Shown piece after piece: positions 1 to 8,314 of a stretch of 23,486 bases of DNA; position 1 is the first letter of the stretch; the number at the start of each line of letters is the position of its first letter. The position numbers were made by a program, and so were the translations under genes. This DNA comes from Myxococcota bacterium (lineage in GTDB: Bacteria > Myxococcota_A > Bradymonadia > UBA7976 > UBA1532), in the NCBI GenBank assembly GCA_036337435.1, contig JAYZEG010000055.1, positions 1 through 23,486 of the forward strand, written 5' to 3'. A model generated the notes under the pieces. That model was not told where the DNA came from, searched no databases, and saw nothing but the letters and a program-made list of their open reading frames with translations.

Positions 1-142
1 TGGTGCTGGTGGTGCTGGTGGTACAGGCGGTACAGGCGGTACAGGCGGGGCTGGTGGTGCTGGTGGTGCTGGTGGTACAGGCGGTACAGGCGGGGCTGGT
101 GGTGCTGGTGGTGCTGGTGGTGCAGGTGGTGCAGGAGGTGCC
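1..142 (+). repeat. 9-bp coding tandem repeat (GGTGCTGGT / GGTACAGGC variants) encoding a (G-A/T-G)n linker
   Basis: Directly visible periodic sequence at the window start. Confidence 0.9.
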
Positions 143-847
143 GAAGGGTTTTGCGGTGACGGCGTTGTCGACGCAAACAATGATGAAGAATGCGATGATG
201 GCAACAACACCAACGGAGATGGATGCAGTGTTGCCTGCTTCGTCGAGGAATGCGGAAATGGTCGCCAAGACGCTGGCGAACAATGTGATGACGGCAATCA
301 AAACGACGCCGATGGTTGCACCAATGAATGTAGCTTTGCCAGTTGCGGCGATGGCATCGTTCAAGTGGGTGTTGAAGAGTGTGATGATGGAAATCAGATC
401 AACACCGATGCCTGCACCAATCGATGCCTTGGTGCACGGTGCGGCGATGGCATCGTTCAAGTGGGTGTTGAAGAGTGTGACGATGGGAACGACGACAATT
501 CCGATGAGTGTTTCGGTGACTGCACGTTGGCCGAATGTGATGGCGACGCAACGCGTTGTATCGATATCAGGGGCATGCTCCAACACAGTATGTGTGTGCA
601 GGGACGCTGGTTAGTTGTTGAGTGTCCCTTTCGATCCATCTGTGCGGACAACGAGAGAACTGGAAATCGAGGCTGTACCTGCGATGAGGACGTGTATCAA
701 CAGCAATGTAGTGAGGGCTTTTCCAATTCTCTCCAGGCGTCAACAGAGCTCGCTCTCGCGTGTCAGAATGGCTTCATTGCCATCACAGCTGTTTGCAGTG
801 GGCGCACAGCGTGCGAAGTTAACGGAGGCCGGGCATCCTGTCTCTAG
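2..847 (+). CDS. 5'-truncated Cys-rich surface protein: Gly/Ala/Thr linker, 4 myxobacterial Cys-rich (DUF4215-type) repeats, 2 C-terminal six-Cys modules
   Basis: The frame starting at nt 2 is open to TAG at 845-847 and is the same frame as the listed 365..847 ORF. It reads GAGGAGGTGGTG...EGFCGDGVVDANNDEECDDGNNTNGDGCSVAC...CGNGRQDAGEQCDDGN...CGDGIVQVGVEECDDGN (x2). The start lies outside the window. Confidence 0.9.
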   Translation, partial: GAGGAGGTGGTGGTGGAGGAGGAGGTGGTGGAGGAGGAGGAGGAGGAEGFCGDGVVDANNDEECDDGNNTNGDGCSVACFVEECGNGRQDAGEQCDDGNQNDADGCTNECSFASCGDGIVQVGVEECDDGNQINTDACTNRCLGARCGDGIVQVGVEECDDGNDDNSDECFGDCTLAECDGDATRCIDIRGMLQHSMCVQGRWLVVECPFRSICADNERTGNRGCTCDEDVYQQQCSEGFSNSLQASTELALACQNGFIAITAVCSGRTACEVNGGRASCL

Positions 848-883
848 GTTTGCTCGAGCAATTTTTGTGTGGAGAATGGTAAG

Positions 884-2698
884 ATGAATGGCTCTTTTTC
901 GCTCATTCGAACGACGATCGTCTTTGGTGTCATGTGGAGTGCTTTCGGGTGTGGAGAAGAGGCCACTGAAACGGCGAGGCAATGCGCCCAGAGTAATCTT
1001 ATTGAACAGTGTCCCATTGGCTCCACACCCGAGCTTAATGCGAGTGCGACAAGTCGCTGTGCGGGCCAAGCCAATGGTTCGATATTAGAAGAGAATGGGC
1101 AGGTCGTTGGCGGTTGCCAGGCGGTTGGCGAATGTACGGTGTTCTGCAGGTTCAGTAACCCGTGTGGTGCCCTGGGCATTGCTCGATTCGACAAGGATTA
1201 TCTTGTTTGTAACGAATACCAAGGATCATGTCCGGATGACGTGTGCGAACCTGGTATCGAAGATCGAGAAGGGCCATACCAATGCCCAGTTGATTGTAAC
1301 GATGATTGCAGTCCAGGGCAGACTGGATGCTTACGGACAGCGACGGGTGAACCTGCCCAGTGGGACTGCATTGATGGCAATTACCGAACCAGTATTTGCC
1401 CGCCCGGACAGCGTTGTGAAGTTGTCTCAACGCCGACTGATGAGATTGAATTTTTCGGCCGGTGCGTTGATGAGTCGACGGGCACTGGCGGGGGGGCAGG
1501 TGCCAGTGGTGCTGGTGGAACGGGCGGTGCAAGTGCTGCCGGCGGCACCGGCGGCACTGGCGGAATCGGTGGAACCGGTGGTGTCGCTGGCACAGGCGGT
1601 TCCGGTGGAACCGAACCCCTGTGTGGTAATCGCGTCATTGAGGGTGATGAACTGTGCGATGACGGCAATGATGTCGAAGACGATGGTTGCACCTCCAATT
1701 GCCAGGAGTGTCTACCTGATTCAACTCAGTGCGCTTCGCCCAGGCTCGGCGGCGTTCTGACCTGCGTCGATGGTGCTTGGCAGCGCCAAGCATGTATGCC
1801 GTCGACGCGATGCTTGGACGGTGAATGTCGACCAATACCTGTTTGCACCGATGGTGAATTCCGCTGTTTGGAACGGACTATCGGCGGTCGTGAAATTTGT
1901 ACCGATGGACAGTGGGAGCGATCGGAACGGGAATGCGGTGCTGGTGAGATCTGCGTTGATGGTGACTGTGTGGTCGCCATGCAGGAGTGTCGAAACGAGG
2001 ATACTCGATGCGTTGAGGGCCTTTTGGGCGGTCGTGAAGTGTGTGTAGACGGTCGATGGGAAAGTTCACCTTGTAATCGAAATGAAGAATGCATTGGAGA
2101 CGGTGAGTGCGTCGCAAACCAGGTCATGCGGTGCGTCAACGGAAGGACTCGCTGCCAGGATGTTGAGGGGCGTTTGGTACGCCAATTATGTCAAACGAGT
2201 CAATGGCGTGATGATCCGTGTGGAATCGGAGAAATCTGCCAAGGGGAAGGAGAGTGTGTGCCCAATGTTCGATTCTGCCAAGACGGGCGACGTGAATGTA
2301 CAGCCGACAATCCCAATGCGTGGCGTGAGTGTGTCGACGGCCGATGGGGGGAGCCTGTGAGCTGTAACCGAAATGAAATGTGCAGTGACGGGCAATGTGT
2401 TGCCGTTGTTCGTGCCTGCGAATCTGGTGCTACACGCTGTTCTGGAGATAACGTACAACGCTGTGATGACGAGGGAAATTGGGTGCTTGCATCGGAATGT
2501 GGTGAGCTCGGGTGCGGCACACCGGTGCTGCGTGGTGCCGAAGCACAGTGCCGTTGCCGCATTGGTGCGGCTGAATGCAGCCCCGCGCGGGGCGCGCAAG
2601 AGGCTCGAAATTGCACTGGAGGATTCTGGCGCGTAACGCGGTGCAACGTTGGGCAGGAATGCGCTCTCGTCGCTCGAGGAAGAGCGGAATGTCGGTGA
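884..2698 (+). CDS. Cys-rich repeat lipoprotein (Gly-rich linker, one DUF4215-type repeat, 7 tandem ~47-aa six-Cys modules)
   Basis: ATG at 884 follows GGAG at 871-874. Signal peptide ends in a lipobox-like SAFG-C. Contains CGNRVIEGDELCDDGNDVEDDGCTSNC and repeated C-x6-C...C-x-DG-x-W...C-x5-C-x-DG-x-C units. Confidence 0.9.
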   Translation: MNGSFSLIRTTIVFGVMWSAFGCGEEATETARQCAQSNLIEQCPIGSTPELNASATSRCAGQANGSILEENGQVVGGCQAVGECTVFCRFSNPCGALGIARFDKDYLVCNEYQGSCPDDVCEPGIEDREGPYQCPVDCNDDCSPGQTGCLRTATGEPAQWDCIDGNYRTSICPPGQRCEVVSTPTDEIEFFGRCVDESTGTGGGAGASGAGGTGGASAAGGTGGTGGIGGTGGVAGTGGSGGTEPLCGNRVIEGDELCDDGNDVEDDGCTSNCQECLPDSTQCASPRLGGVLTCVDGAWQRQACMPSTRCLDGECRPIPVCTDGEFRCLERTIGGREICTDGQWERSERECGAGEICVDGDCVVAMQECRNEDTRCVEGLLGGREVCVDGRWESSPCNRNEECIGDGECVANQVMRCVNGRTRCQDVEGRLVRQLCQTSQWRDDPCGIGEICQGEGECVPNVRFCQDGRRECTADNPNAWRECVDGRWGEPVSCNRNEMCSDGQCVAVVRACESGATRCSGDNVQRCDDEGNWVLASECGELGCGTPVLRGAEAQCRCRIGAAECSPARGAQEARNCTGGFWRVTRCNVGQECALVARGRAECR

Positions 2699-3134
2699 CG
2701 GCTGCGGTTTTACTATTACTGCTTTCCATCTCGTTAAAATCGCCCCCCTAAGTTGAGCCTCTGGACCCTTTGTATGCGTGGTGATTAAGCGCGGGGAATT
2801 CCCTCAAGCTCTTGTATTTGCTCCGCACGAAACCAAACGCCTGTGCACGGGGCGTCACAATCGGTCGTCATCAGCGGGCCTGTTTCCCCATCGGAGATTG
2901 CTGTGGTGTCGATGCCTCTAAGACTTAATCTTGAAACAATAAATGAATCATTCGGAACATTCATGCCGGTGACTTGGTCATGCCTTGGAGCCCAAATGAT
3001 TCGCCCTGAAAGCAGTTTTCTTAGCCGATTGCGGGACGTTTAATCTGGGCACACGTTGAGACGGTTTCCAGCTTGCACAGTGGTATCAATGCCTACGGCC
3101 GTTTTTGTCCCTTCAATCGTCCAGGGGGTGTTCC

Positions 3135-4040
3135 ATGATTCGGGCTGTCTTGTTCCTTTCCTTCATCACTGCAGCCTACTCAGTAAGATTGGCAATGACG
3201 TCATTTTCAATGCTCCCTAACTCATCATCAGAACCAATGAGTTTTAACTCCACCATCGAAGGCAAGCCGATTGCAAAACGGAAGAAATCCATGCTGGGCT
3301 TGGGACCTGATTGGAGCCTGCCCCCGTCCTTGCCTCTTTCCCGCCGCAATGAAGAAGGATTCGACCATTTGAACTCGATTGTGGCCTTGGCAAATATACA
3401 GCCGGCATTTGACAGTCCAGTGGGCGACGATGACAGGTTTAGCCAGATGCGGGGCGACGACATTTTCAAAAGCGGTGACGCAAACACCTCGAGTTCAAGC
3501 TTTGGGCGTCGGCGGCATTATCTCTCGTTTGGATTCAGTGACTGCACTCGTTTATCGCGCTTATTGGCGTCTCTGGGCGATGGGCGTGGGATGAAAGGTT
3601 TTCATACCCTGGCTTCCGATGATGAGACTATCCGAGACCCGCTGTCGAGCCCCGTTGATCCACCCTTGACCTCGGCTGTTTTGTCCACCGGCGAGCACGG
3701 TGTTGTTTATGCCGACCCCGGTTTTGACATCCATGGAGATGGGCCCATTGTGGTGGATTCAGAAATCGATGACCAGCCGGTCGAGCTCATTATAGACAAC
3801 CATGCAACAGTCAGCACCTTGTCGAAGGCATTGATAGACCAGCTCGGTCTGGGAGACGAAATTTACGAGTCTGAGACCCCCCAACACCAGGGGGCATTGG
3901 TTGTCTACATCGAGACCCTTCGTGTCATGGGCAAACCCGCTCCGGCAGTGGAATTTCAGATCTGTGACGATTGCAAGACTATCGACGGTCGGATTGGGCG
4001 CGCTCTTCGTGAAACTATCGACCTGCACTTTGTCCGCTAG
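3135..4040 (+). CDS. Exported or membrane-anchored protein with a C-terminal retropepsin-like (aspartyl protease) domain, catalytic motif degenerate
   Basis: ATG at 3135 follows a GGGGG RBS-like run and the N-terminus is hydrophobic. The C-terminus reads PIVVDSEIDDQPVELIIDNHATVSTLSKALIDQLGL...IETLRVMG...DGRIGRAL, which matches the clan AA layout. Confidence 0.65.
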   Translation: MIRAVLFLSFITAAYSVRLAMTSFSMLPNSSSEPMSFNSTIEGKPIAKRKKSMLGLGPDWSLPPSLPLSRRNEEGFDHLNSIVALANIQPAFDSPVGDDDRFSQMRGDDIFKSGDANTSSSSFGRRRHYLSFGFSDCTRLSRLLASLGDGRGMKGFHTLASDDETIRDPLSSPVDPPLTSAVLSTGEHGVVYADPGFDIHGDGPIVVDSEIDDQPVELIIDNHATVSTLSKALIDQLGLGDEIYESETPQHQGALVVYIETLRVMGKPAPAVEFQICDDCKTIDGRIGRALRETIDLHFVR

Positions 4041-4325
4041 AGTGGTCTTACGTCTACCCAGCAGGAGAAGGGCATGATGGGTGCTATTTTATCCAGACAA
4101 GGCACCGCGCTCATCTCTGTTGGGGGCACTCGCTTGCGTGCAATAGATCTTTTACTGTCGTCCTGAGTGTTAGCAGTTGTCACACATGGTCGGCCACTTT
4201 GGTCCCCAGAATCGCCATAGTGGTGACTGTATTACCCACGATAGCTACCCTGGTAGCTGAGTTTTGATGACCGGCAAACGACTGAGTTTAATCACTTTTC
4301 TAAGAAATTGAACGATCGGTAGGTT

Positions 4326-4341
4326 TGGCCCGGATGTTGCT
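4326..4341 (+). promoter_or_regulatory. Putative sigma-54 (-24/-12) promoter
   Basis: TGGCCCGGATGTTGCT against consensus TGGCACG-N4-TTGCW, with exact GG-N10-GC spacing, 50 bp upstream of ATG 4391. Confidence 0.65.
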
Positions 4342-4390
4342 TGATAGGGAGATAGCCTGACGAACCGAGCGATTCCGTGGAGGGGACGCG

Positions 4391-5677
4391 ATGAAATTTA
4401 GATTCAGAGCAACGTTGTTCCCCCTGATTGCCGCTGCTGCACTCGCGAGCGGTTGCGGCCAATTGGACCCATCCATAACATTGAACGAGACCGTCAAAAC
4501 CCGAGGCGATTCGAATACGGGTTTCAGCTGGAGTGACATTGCTGAGCAGGATTTGGCGATTTTACTGCCCCGAGACGAGGGGGAGGGGATCAAGGCCAGT
4601 TTGCAAACAGTCTCTGGCGCGAAATTACTCAGCGAGCAGTGGCTTGGTGTCGTCAGCGACGCTTATCTGTCAACGGATGTAGACTCGGCATTTGAAGACG
4701 AAAATATGTATGACGATTGGAGCCTTGTCGCAATTCGTGTCTCACCCTGCAGTCCCATGGGGCATCGCCCAGGTCCAGAAGCGCAACGGTTCTGTTGGCC
4801 AGAACTGCGGCTCGTATGGCAGCCCGTCCTTTATGATTTTAAACCACAATGGTCGTCCATTTCATTCTCATCGTACTCCGATGACCGCGCAATCCATGCC
4901 CTTTATCGTGTGCACGCCAATGGGACTCGTGATCAGACCGAGGTCGCGATACAAGAGATGACCGAGGCAATCAGGTCAGGCGCGGAGGTTCCGGCGGAGC
5001 TCCGGAACCGGTTCAACGCCCTCAGAGATGCGGCAGTAGAGACCATCCTGACTCAAGTGCTGGCACTTCGAGGGCAGGGGATTAACGTTGACGCATTTAA
5101 GAGCCTTGACCTCCGAATTGAAACCTTCGGCGAGGATGGCGAAAGACGCGCCTTTTATCAGCGGTTAAGCGCTATGTTGGCTATCTTCGCAGAGCCAACA
5201 CGTTTGCACACATTGACGTCATTCTCATTACCAGAGGGTCGCAACCCCACCACCATTGATATTTGGGTGTTTCTCGCTTTCGATGGTCTAGATGGTTTGC
5301 TCGTGCAAAAGAGTATCGAGGTTGTCAGTCCAAAATCGGGCCAGGTTCTCGTTGATTTAGGAACGGAGGAGACGGTCGCTGCAGCTGGTGCAGATCAGCG
5401 TGTCCTGGATGTCATCGCCAACGGAACGGATGTGGGGGATGAACTCGCTGAACAGGTTTTGACAAACGGTGATGACAGAGTGAGTTTGTCCGATAAAATA
5501 AATGATCCCAAACGGACGTTGGTACCGAACACAAGCTGCGCGACCTGCCATTCCTTCAACGATTTAACGTTCAATTTCCATAGTCTCTCATATTTCGAAA
5601 ACCTTGATATCACCATTGCGAAACGCGTACGCAACGACGTCCTCTACGACCTAGAATGGCTTCGAGCAAGTCCCTGA
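4391..5677 (+). CDS. Lipoprotein of unknown function with a C-terminal CxxCH motif (possible monoheme c-type cytochrome)
   Basis: RBS GGAGGGG; MKFRFRATLFPLIAAAALASG-C lipobox; SCATCH with CATCH at nt 5537-5551. Confidence 0.8.
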   Translation: MKFRFRATLFPLIAAAALASGCGQLDPSITLNETVKTRGDSNTGFSWSDIAEQDLAILLPRDEGEGIKASLQTVSGAKLLSEQWLGVVSDAYLSTDVDSAFEDENMYDDWSLVAIRVSPCSPMGHRPGPEAQRFCWPELRLVWQPVLYDFKPQWSSISFSSYSDDRAIHALYRVHANGTRDQTEVAIQEMTEAIRSGAEVPAELRNRFNALRDAAVETILTQVLALRGQGINVDAFKSLDLRIETFGEDGERRAFYQRLSAMLAIFAEPTRLHTLTSFSLPEGRNPTTIDIWVFLAFDGLDGLLVQKSIEVVSPKSGQVLVDLGTEETVAAAGADQRVLDVIANGTDVGDELAEQVLTNGDDRVSLSDKINDPKRTLVPNTSCATCHSFNDLTFNFHSLSYFENLDITIAKRVRNDVLYDLEWLRASP

Positions 5678-5718
5678 CGACCATCGTACCAAGCGCGGCT
5701 GGCGACACAGGACACCCT

Positions 5719-6336
5719 TCAGCAACCTGCACTCCCCCACACATTATATCCGAGGATCTTTGGCGTTTTTGGGAGATACATCTCCGACAGGGATTCGATT
5801 TTGAAACCAGCGGAATCGATGAGTTTGACGATTGGCTGGCTCATGCTGCAGCCTCCGGCGAGGGTCGACCAATAGGGATCTAGACGGCGTTGCCAGCGTG
5901 CGACGGCGGGATCTGGTGCAAGACTGTGTTCGCAGTATATGAATCGTCCACCAGGACGAAGGACTCGCCTCATTTCATGAAGTGCTTTTTGGCGCTCTTG
6001 GATGCTGCAGAGAGTATAGGTGCAGAGAACTGTATCGACGGACTCATCGGCCAAGGGGATTGACTCCGCCAAGCCATCGACCATCTCTAGGTCCAGTGCC
6101 GTTTCGGGGCGGCGTTTCTGCGCCATGTCACGCATGGCCTGAGCGGGCTCTAAACCATAAATCTTCTCTACTTTAGCCGGCTCATAGAAAGGCAGATTCG
6201 CACCATCACCCAATCCGATTTCGAGTACAGTCCCCTCGGCCATCGGGACCACTTTTTTTCTCTGATATCGAATTGGCTTACAGCCGCATGCGCATTTTAA
6301 AAGCTTTGGTAAGACATATTTGTCGTAAACGCCCAT
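5719..6336 (-). CDS. Class I SAM-dependent methyltransferase (Methyltransf_11; PmtA/METTL7-like)
   Basis: Motifs VLEIGLGDGANL, GLEP, AESIPLADESVDTVLCTYTLCSI and LRPGGRFIYCEH; upstream RBS CAGGAG. Confidence 0.9.
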   Translation of the reverse strand: MGVYDKYVLPKLLKCACGCKPIRYQRKKVVPMAEGTVLEIGLGDGANLPFYEPAKVEKIYGLEPAQAMRDMAQKRRPETALDLEMVDGLAESIPLADESVDTVLCTYTLCSIQERQKALHEMRRVLRPGGRFIYCEHSLAPDPAVARWQRRLDPYWSTLAGGCSMSQPIVKLIDSAGFKIESLSEMYLPKTPKILGYNVWGSAGC

Positions 6337-6574
6337 GGTGGTCTCCTGTCTTGCGATTTTTGAATCTTAGCAAGCTTGCCATAAAGAGAAAGTCCAATGC
6401 GCTCTACGTGAGCCAGAATTCTGGTGGAGTATCCGTTGGCTGAACCTGTGCTGAAGACAAGTGACACCAGTAAATCTTCCGTAGGGTTGTTTAATGCGTC
6501 CCCTTGACCTCATTTGCTGTAGCAAAGGGCGGTGATCGAACGGTTGAGTCAGGCTAAATCCCGGTCGGTGATTT

Positions 6575-6590
6575 TGGCATAGGTGATGCA
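6575..6590 (+). promoter_or_regulatory. Putative sigma-54 (-24/-12) promoter upstream of transglutaminase 1
   Basis: TGGCATAGGTGATGCA = TGGCAY-N5-(A)TGCA with GG-N10-GC spacing, 66 bp upstream of ATG 6657. Confidence 0.55.
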
Positions 6591-6656
6591 AGTCAGTCGA
6601 CTCGGTAATGACTGGGTCAATCACACGAACGCCAGAAACATAAGGATTAATTTATC

Positions 6657-8279
6657 ATGTCATTTCTCAGGTCTCGCACGGCTTTGATGGCTCTGTATTC
6701 AATGATCAGCGTCGGTTGCGCACAGCTCGATGGGGATATCACCGACAAGCCTGCGGCTAAAGAACGCTGGAACCGGCAAAATGATCCCAGCGGGTTTCGT
6801 GGTATTCAACTCACTTACAAGCTAGATGAAATGCCCAGTCGAGGTCGAGCAGAGCGAGAAATTTGGCCTTCTACCTATTGGGCCACCCAGGATAACAGCA
6901 TTAATGTACGTTGGTCTCCAGGTGAGTTGTCTCCGGCAGAAAAGTACGACAAAGCCTTCAACGGTTGGGTTCCTGATGAGGGCTTTATGGCGTTAAGACC
7001 CTATCAGAAGGGGGCCGATTGTGCGGAGTTCGACCGAAGCTACTATGACAAGCTGGGTCCCTTGGCAACTCACATCTCAGAACACATGGGCAACAAGGCC
7101 GCTCGCGATGGAGTCGACAGTGACGGAGACGGCGAGATCGATGAGTGTGGCGACCGAGATGGTGTTGAATTTTGGTTTGGTCTCTGCCACGCCTGGGTAC
7201 CGGCAGCCATGCTCGAGGATCGGCCGTTGAAGAGTGTTGAGCACAACGGGGTCACCTTTCACCCTGGAGACTTAGAAGCCTTACTGATCGCCGCTTATAA
7301 CCGCTCTGGTGCAGACATCATCGGCAGCCGCTGTAACGATAAAGATGATGATGTTGAACGGGATGAGCAGGGTCGTGCCGTTGACGTGAAGTGCAGAGAC
7401 ACCAACGCGGGCACCCTGCATGTGATTATGTCCAATTATCTGGGTCTAAACAGCACATCTTTTGCGGAAGATAGAACCTATAATTACGAGGTCTGGAACC
7501 AACCGGTGGTCGCCTATGAGGTTACCAAGATGGACCAGATCACGGCCGCCAAGGCCAATGAAATGTTGGGCCTCACCGGCGATACCTACGTTAGAACACC
7601 CGAGGCGACAACGTTTTATGATGTCAATGCGACCTTAACCTACCTCACCGAATCTCATGCATCGCGAGAGCCTGCAGACGCGGCACACTACGAACGCAAT
7701 GACCATTACACCTATATTTTAGAGGTCGATTCGGCGGGTAATGTCATCGGCGGTGAGTGGTATGGAGAGTCCAAAACGTCCCATCCGGATTTCCTCTGGA
7801 ACCCGAGGCGTGCAATCGCATCATCTGTCCCACATCTAGACCTCGATGAGGTGCGTCGGTTGATTCGCAAATCGAGGGCGGAAAATAACCAGGATAATTC
7901 AGCTCTGGACCCGTTGTTTTTCGAGGTCCTTCCGGATGTTGATATTCCTGACAATGACCCCGCAGGTGTCAGCATCGAACTCTTTGTACCGGACGGGACC
8001 GCTGGAGAGATCAGCGTGACAACAGTCTTTAGTCACGAAGACTTATCTCAGGTGAAAGTTGGGGTATTGAGCCCCACAGGAGAAAGTTGGGCCTTGATCG
8101 AGGGTGGAACCGCGACGGGGAGCACATTCTACGAGGATACCATTACGCTGGATCCACAACCCATCGGCGAATTGACAGGCACATGGCGACTTGTCGTCAC
8201 CGACCTCGCACCGGAGAAGCGGGGGCTGGTTGAACTCTTCCAGCTTGCAATCGTGCCGCACAATGACAACTCAAACTGA
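6657..8279 (+). CDS. Lipoprotein with transglutaminase-elicitor (GP42-like) domain and a C-terminal proprotein-convertase P-domain
   Basis: Lipobox ISVG-C. Family motifs WPSTYW, SPAEKYD, WFGLCHAW, GVTFHPGDLEAL, DTNAGTLH, EVWNQPV, YILEVDSAGNVIGGEW and HPDFLW. C-terminal DIPDNDPAG...LSPTG...GTWRLVVTD matches a P-domain. Confidence 0.88.
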   Translation: MSFLRSRTALMALYSMISVGCAQLDGDITDKPAAKERWNRQNDPSGFRGIQLTYKLDEMPSRGRAEREIWPSTYWATQDNSINVRWSPGELSPAEKYDKAFNGWVPDEGFMALRPYQKGADCAEFDRSYYDKLGPLATHISEHMGNKAARDGVDSDGDGEIDECGDRDGVEFWFGLCHAWVPAAMLEDRPLKSVEHNGVTFHPGDLEALLIAAYNRSGADIIGSRCNDKDDDVERDEQGRAVDVKCRDTNAGTLHVIMSNYLGLNSTSFAEDRTYNYEVWNQPVVAYEVTKMDQITAAKANEMLGLTGDTYVRTPEATTFYDVNATLTYLTESHASREPADAAHYERNDHYTYILEVDSAGNVIGGEWYGESKTSHPDFLWNPRRAIASSVPHLDLDEVRRLIRKSRAENNQDNSALDPLFFEVLPDVDIPDNDPAGVSIELFVPDGTAGEISVTTVFSHEDLSQVKVGVLSPTGESWALIEGGTATGSTFYEDTITLDPQPIGELTGTWRLVVTDLAPEKRGLVELFQLAIVPHNDNSN

Positions 8280-8314
8280 GCCCTTGCCTCAGGTGTTTGT
8301 CGGCCGCGGCCTTT

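Noticed and set aside
3..614. 203-aa Val/Met-rich ORF
   Set aside because: It is an off-frame reading of the Gly-rich and DUF4215 repeats; the frame from nt 2 gives recognisable motifs.
2699..3134. 436-bp intergenic region as a possible ncRNA, riboswitch or 66-aa ORF
   Set aside because: I recognised no riboswitch consensus or strong stem, and the ORF has no RBS or motif. An Rfam scan would be needed to exclude an RNA.
8277..8287. TGAGCCCTTGC shared near the 3' ends of both TGase genes (also near 21094)
   Set aside because: It is only 11 bp and in opposite orientation relative to the two genes; consistent with chance.
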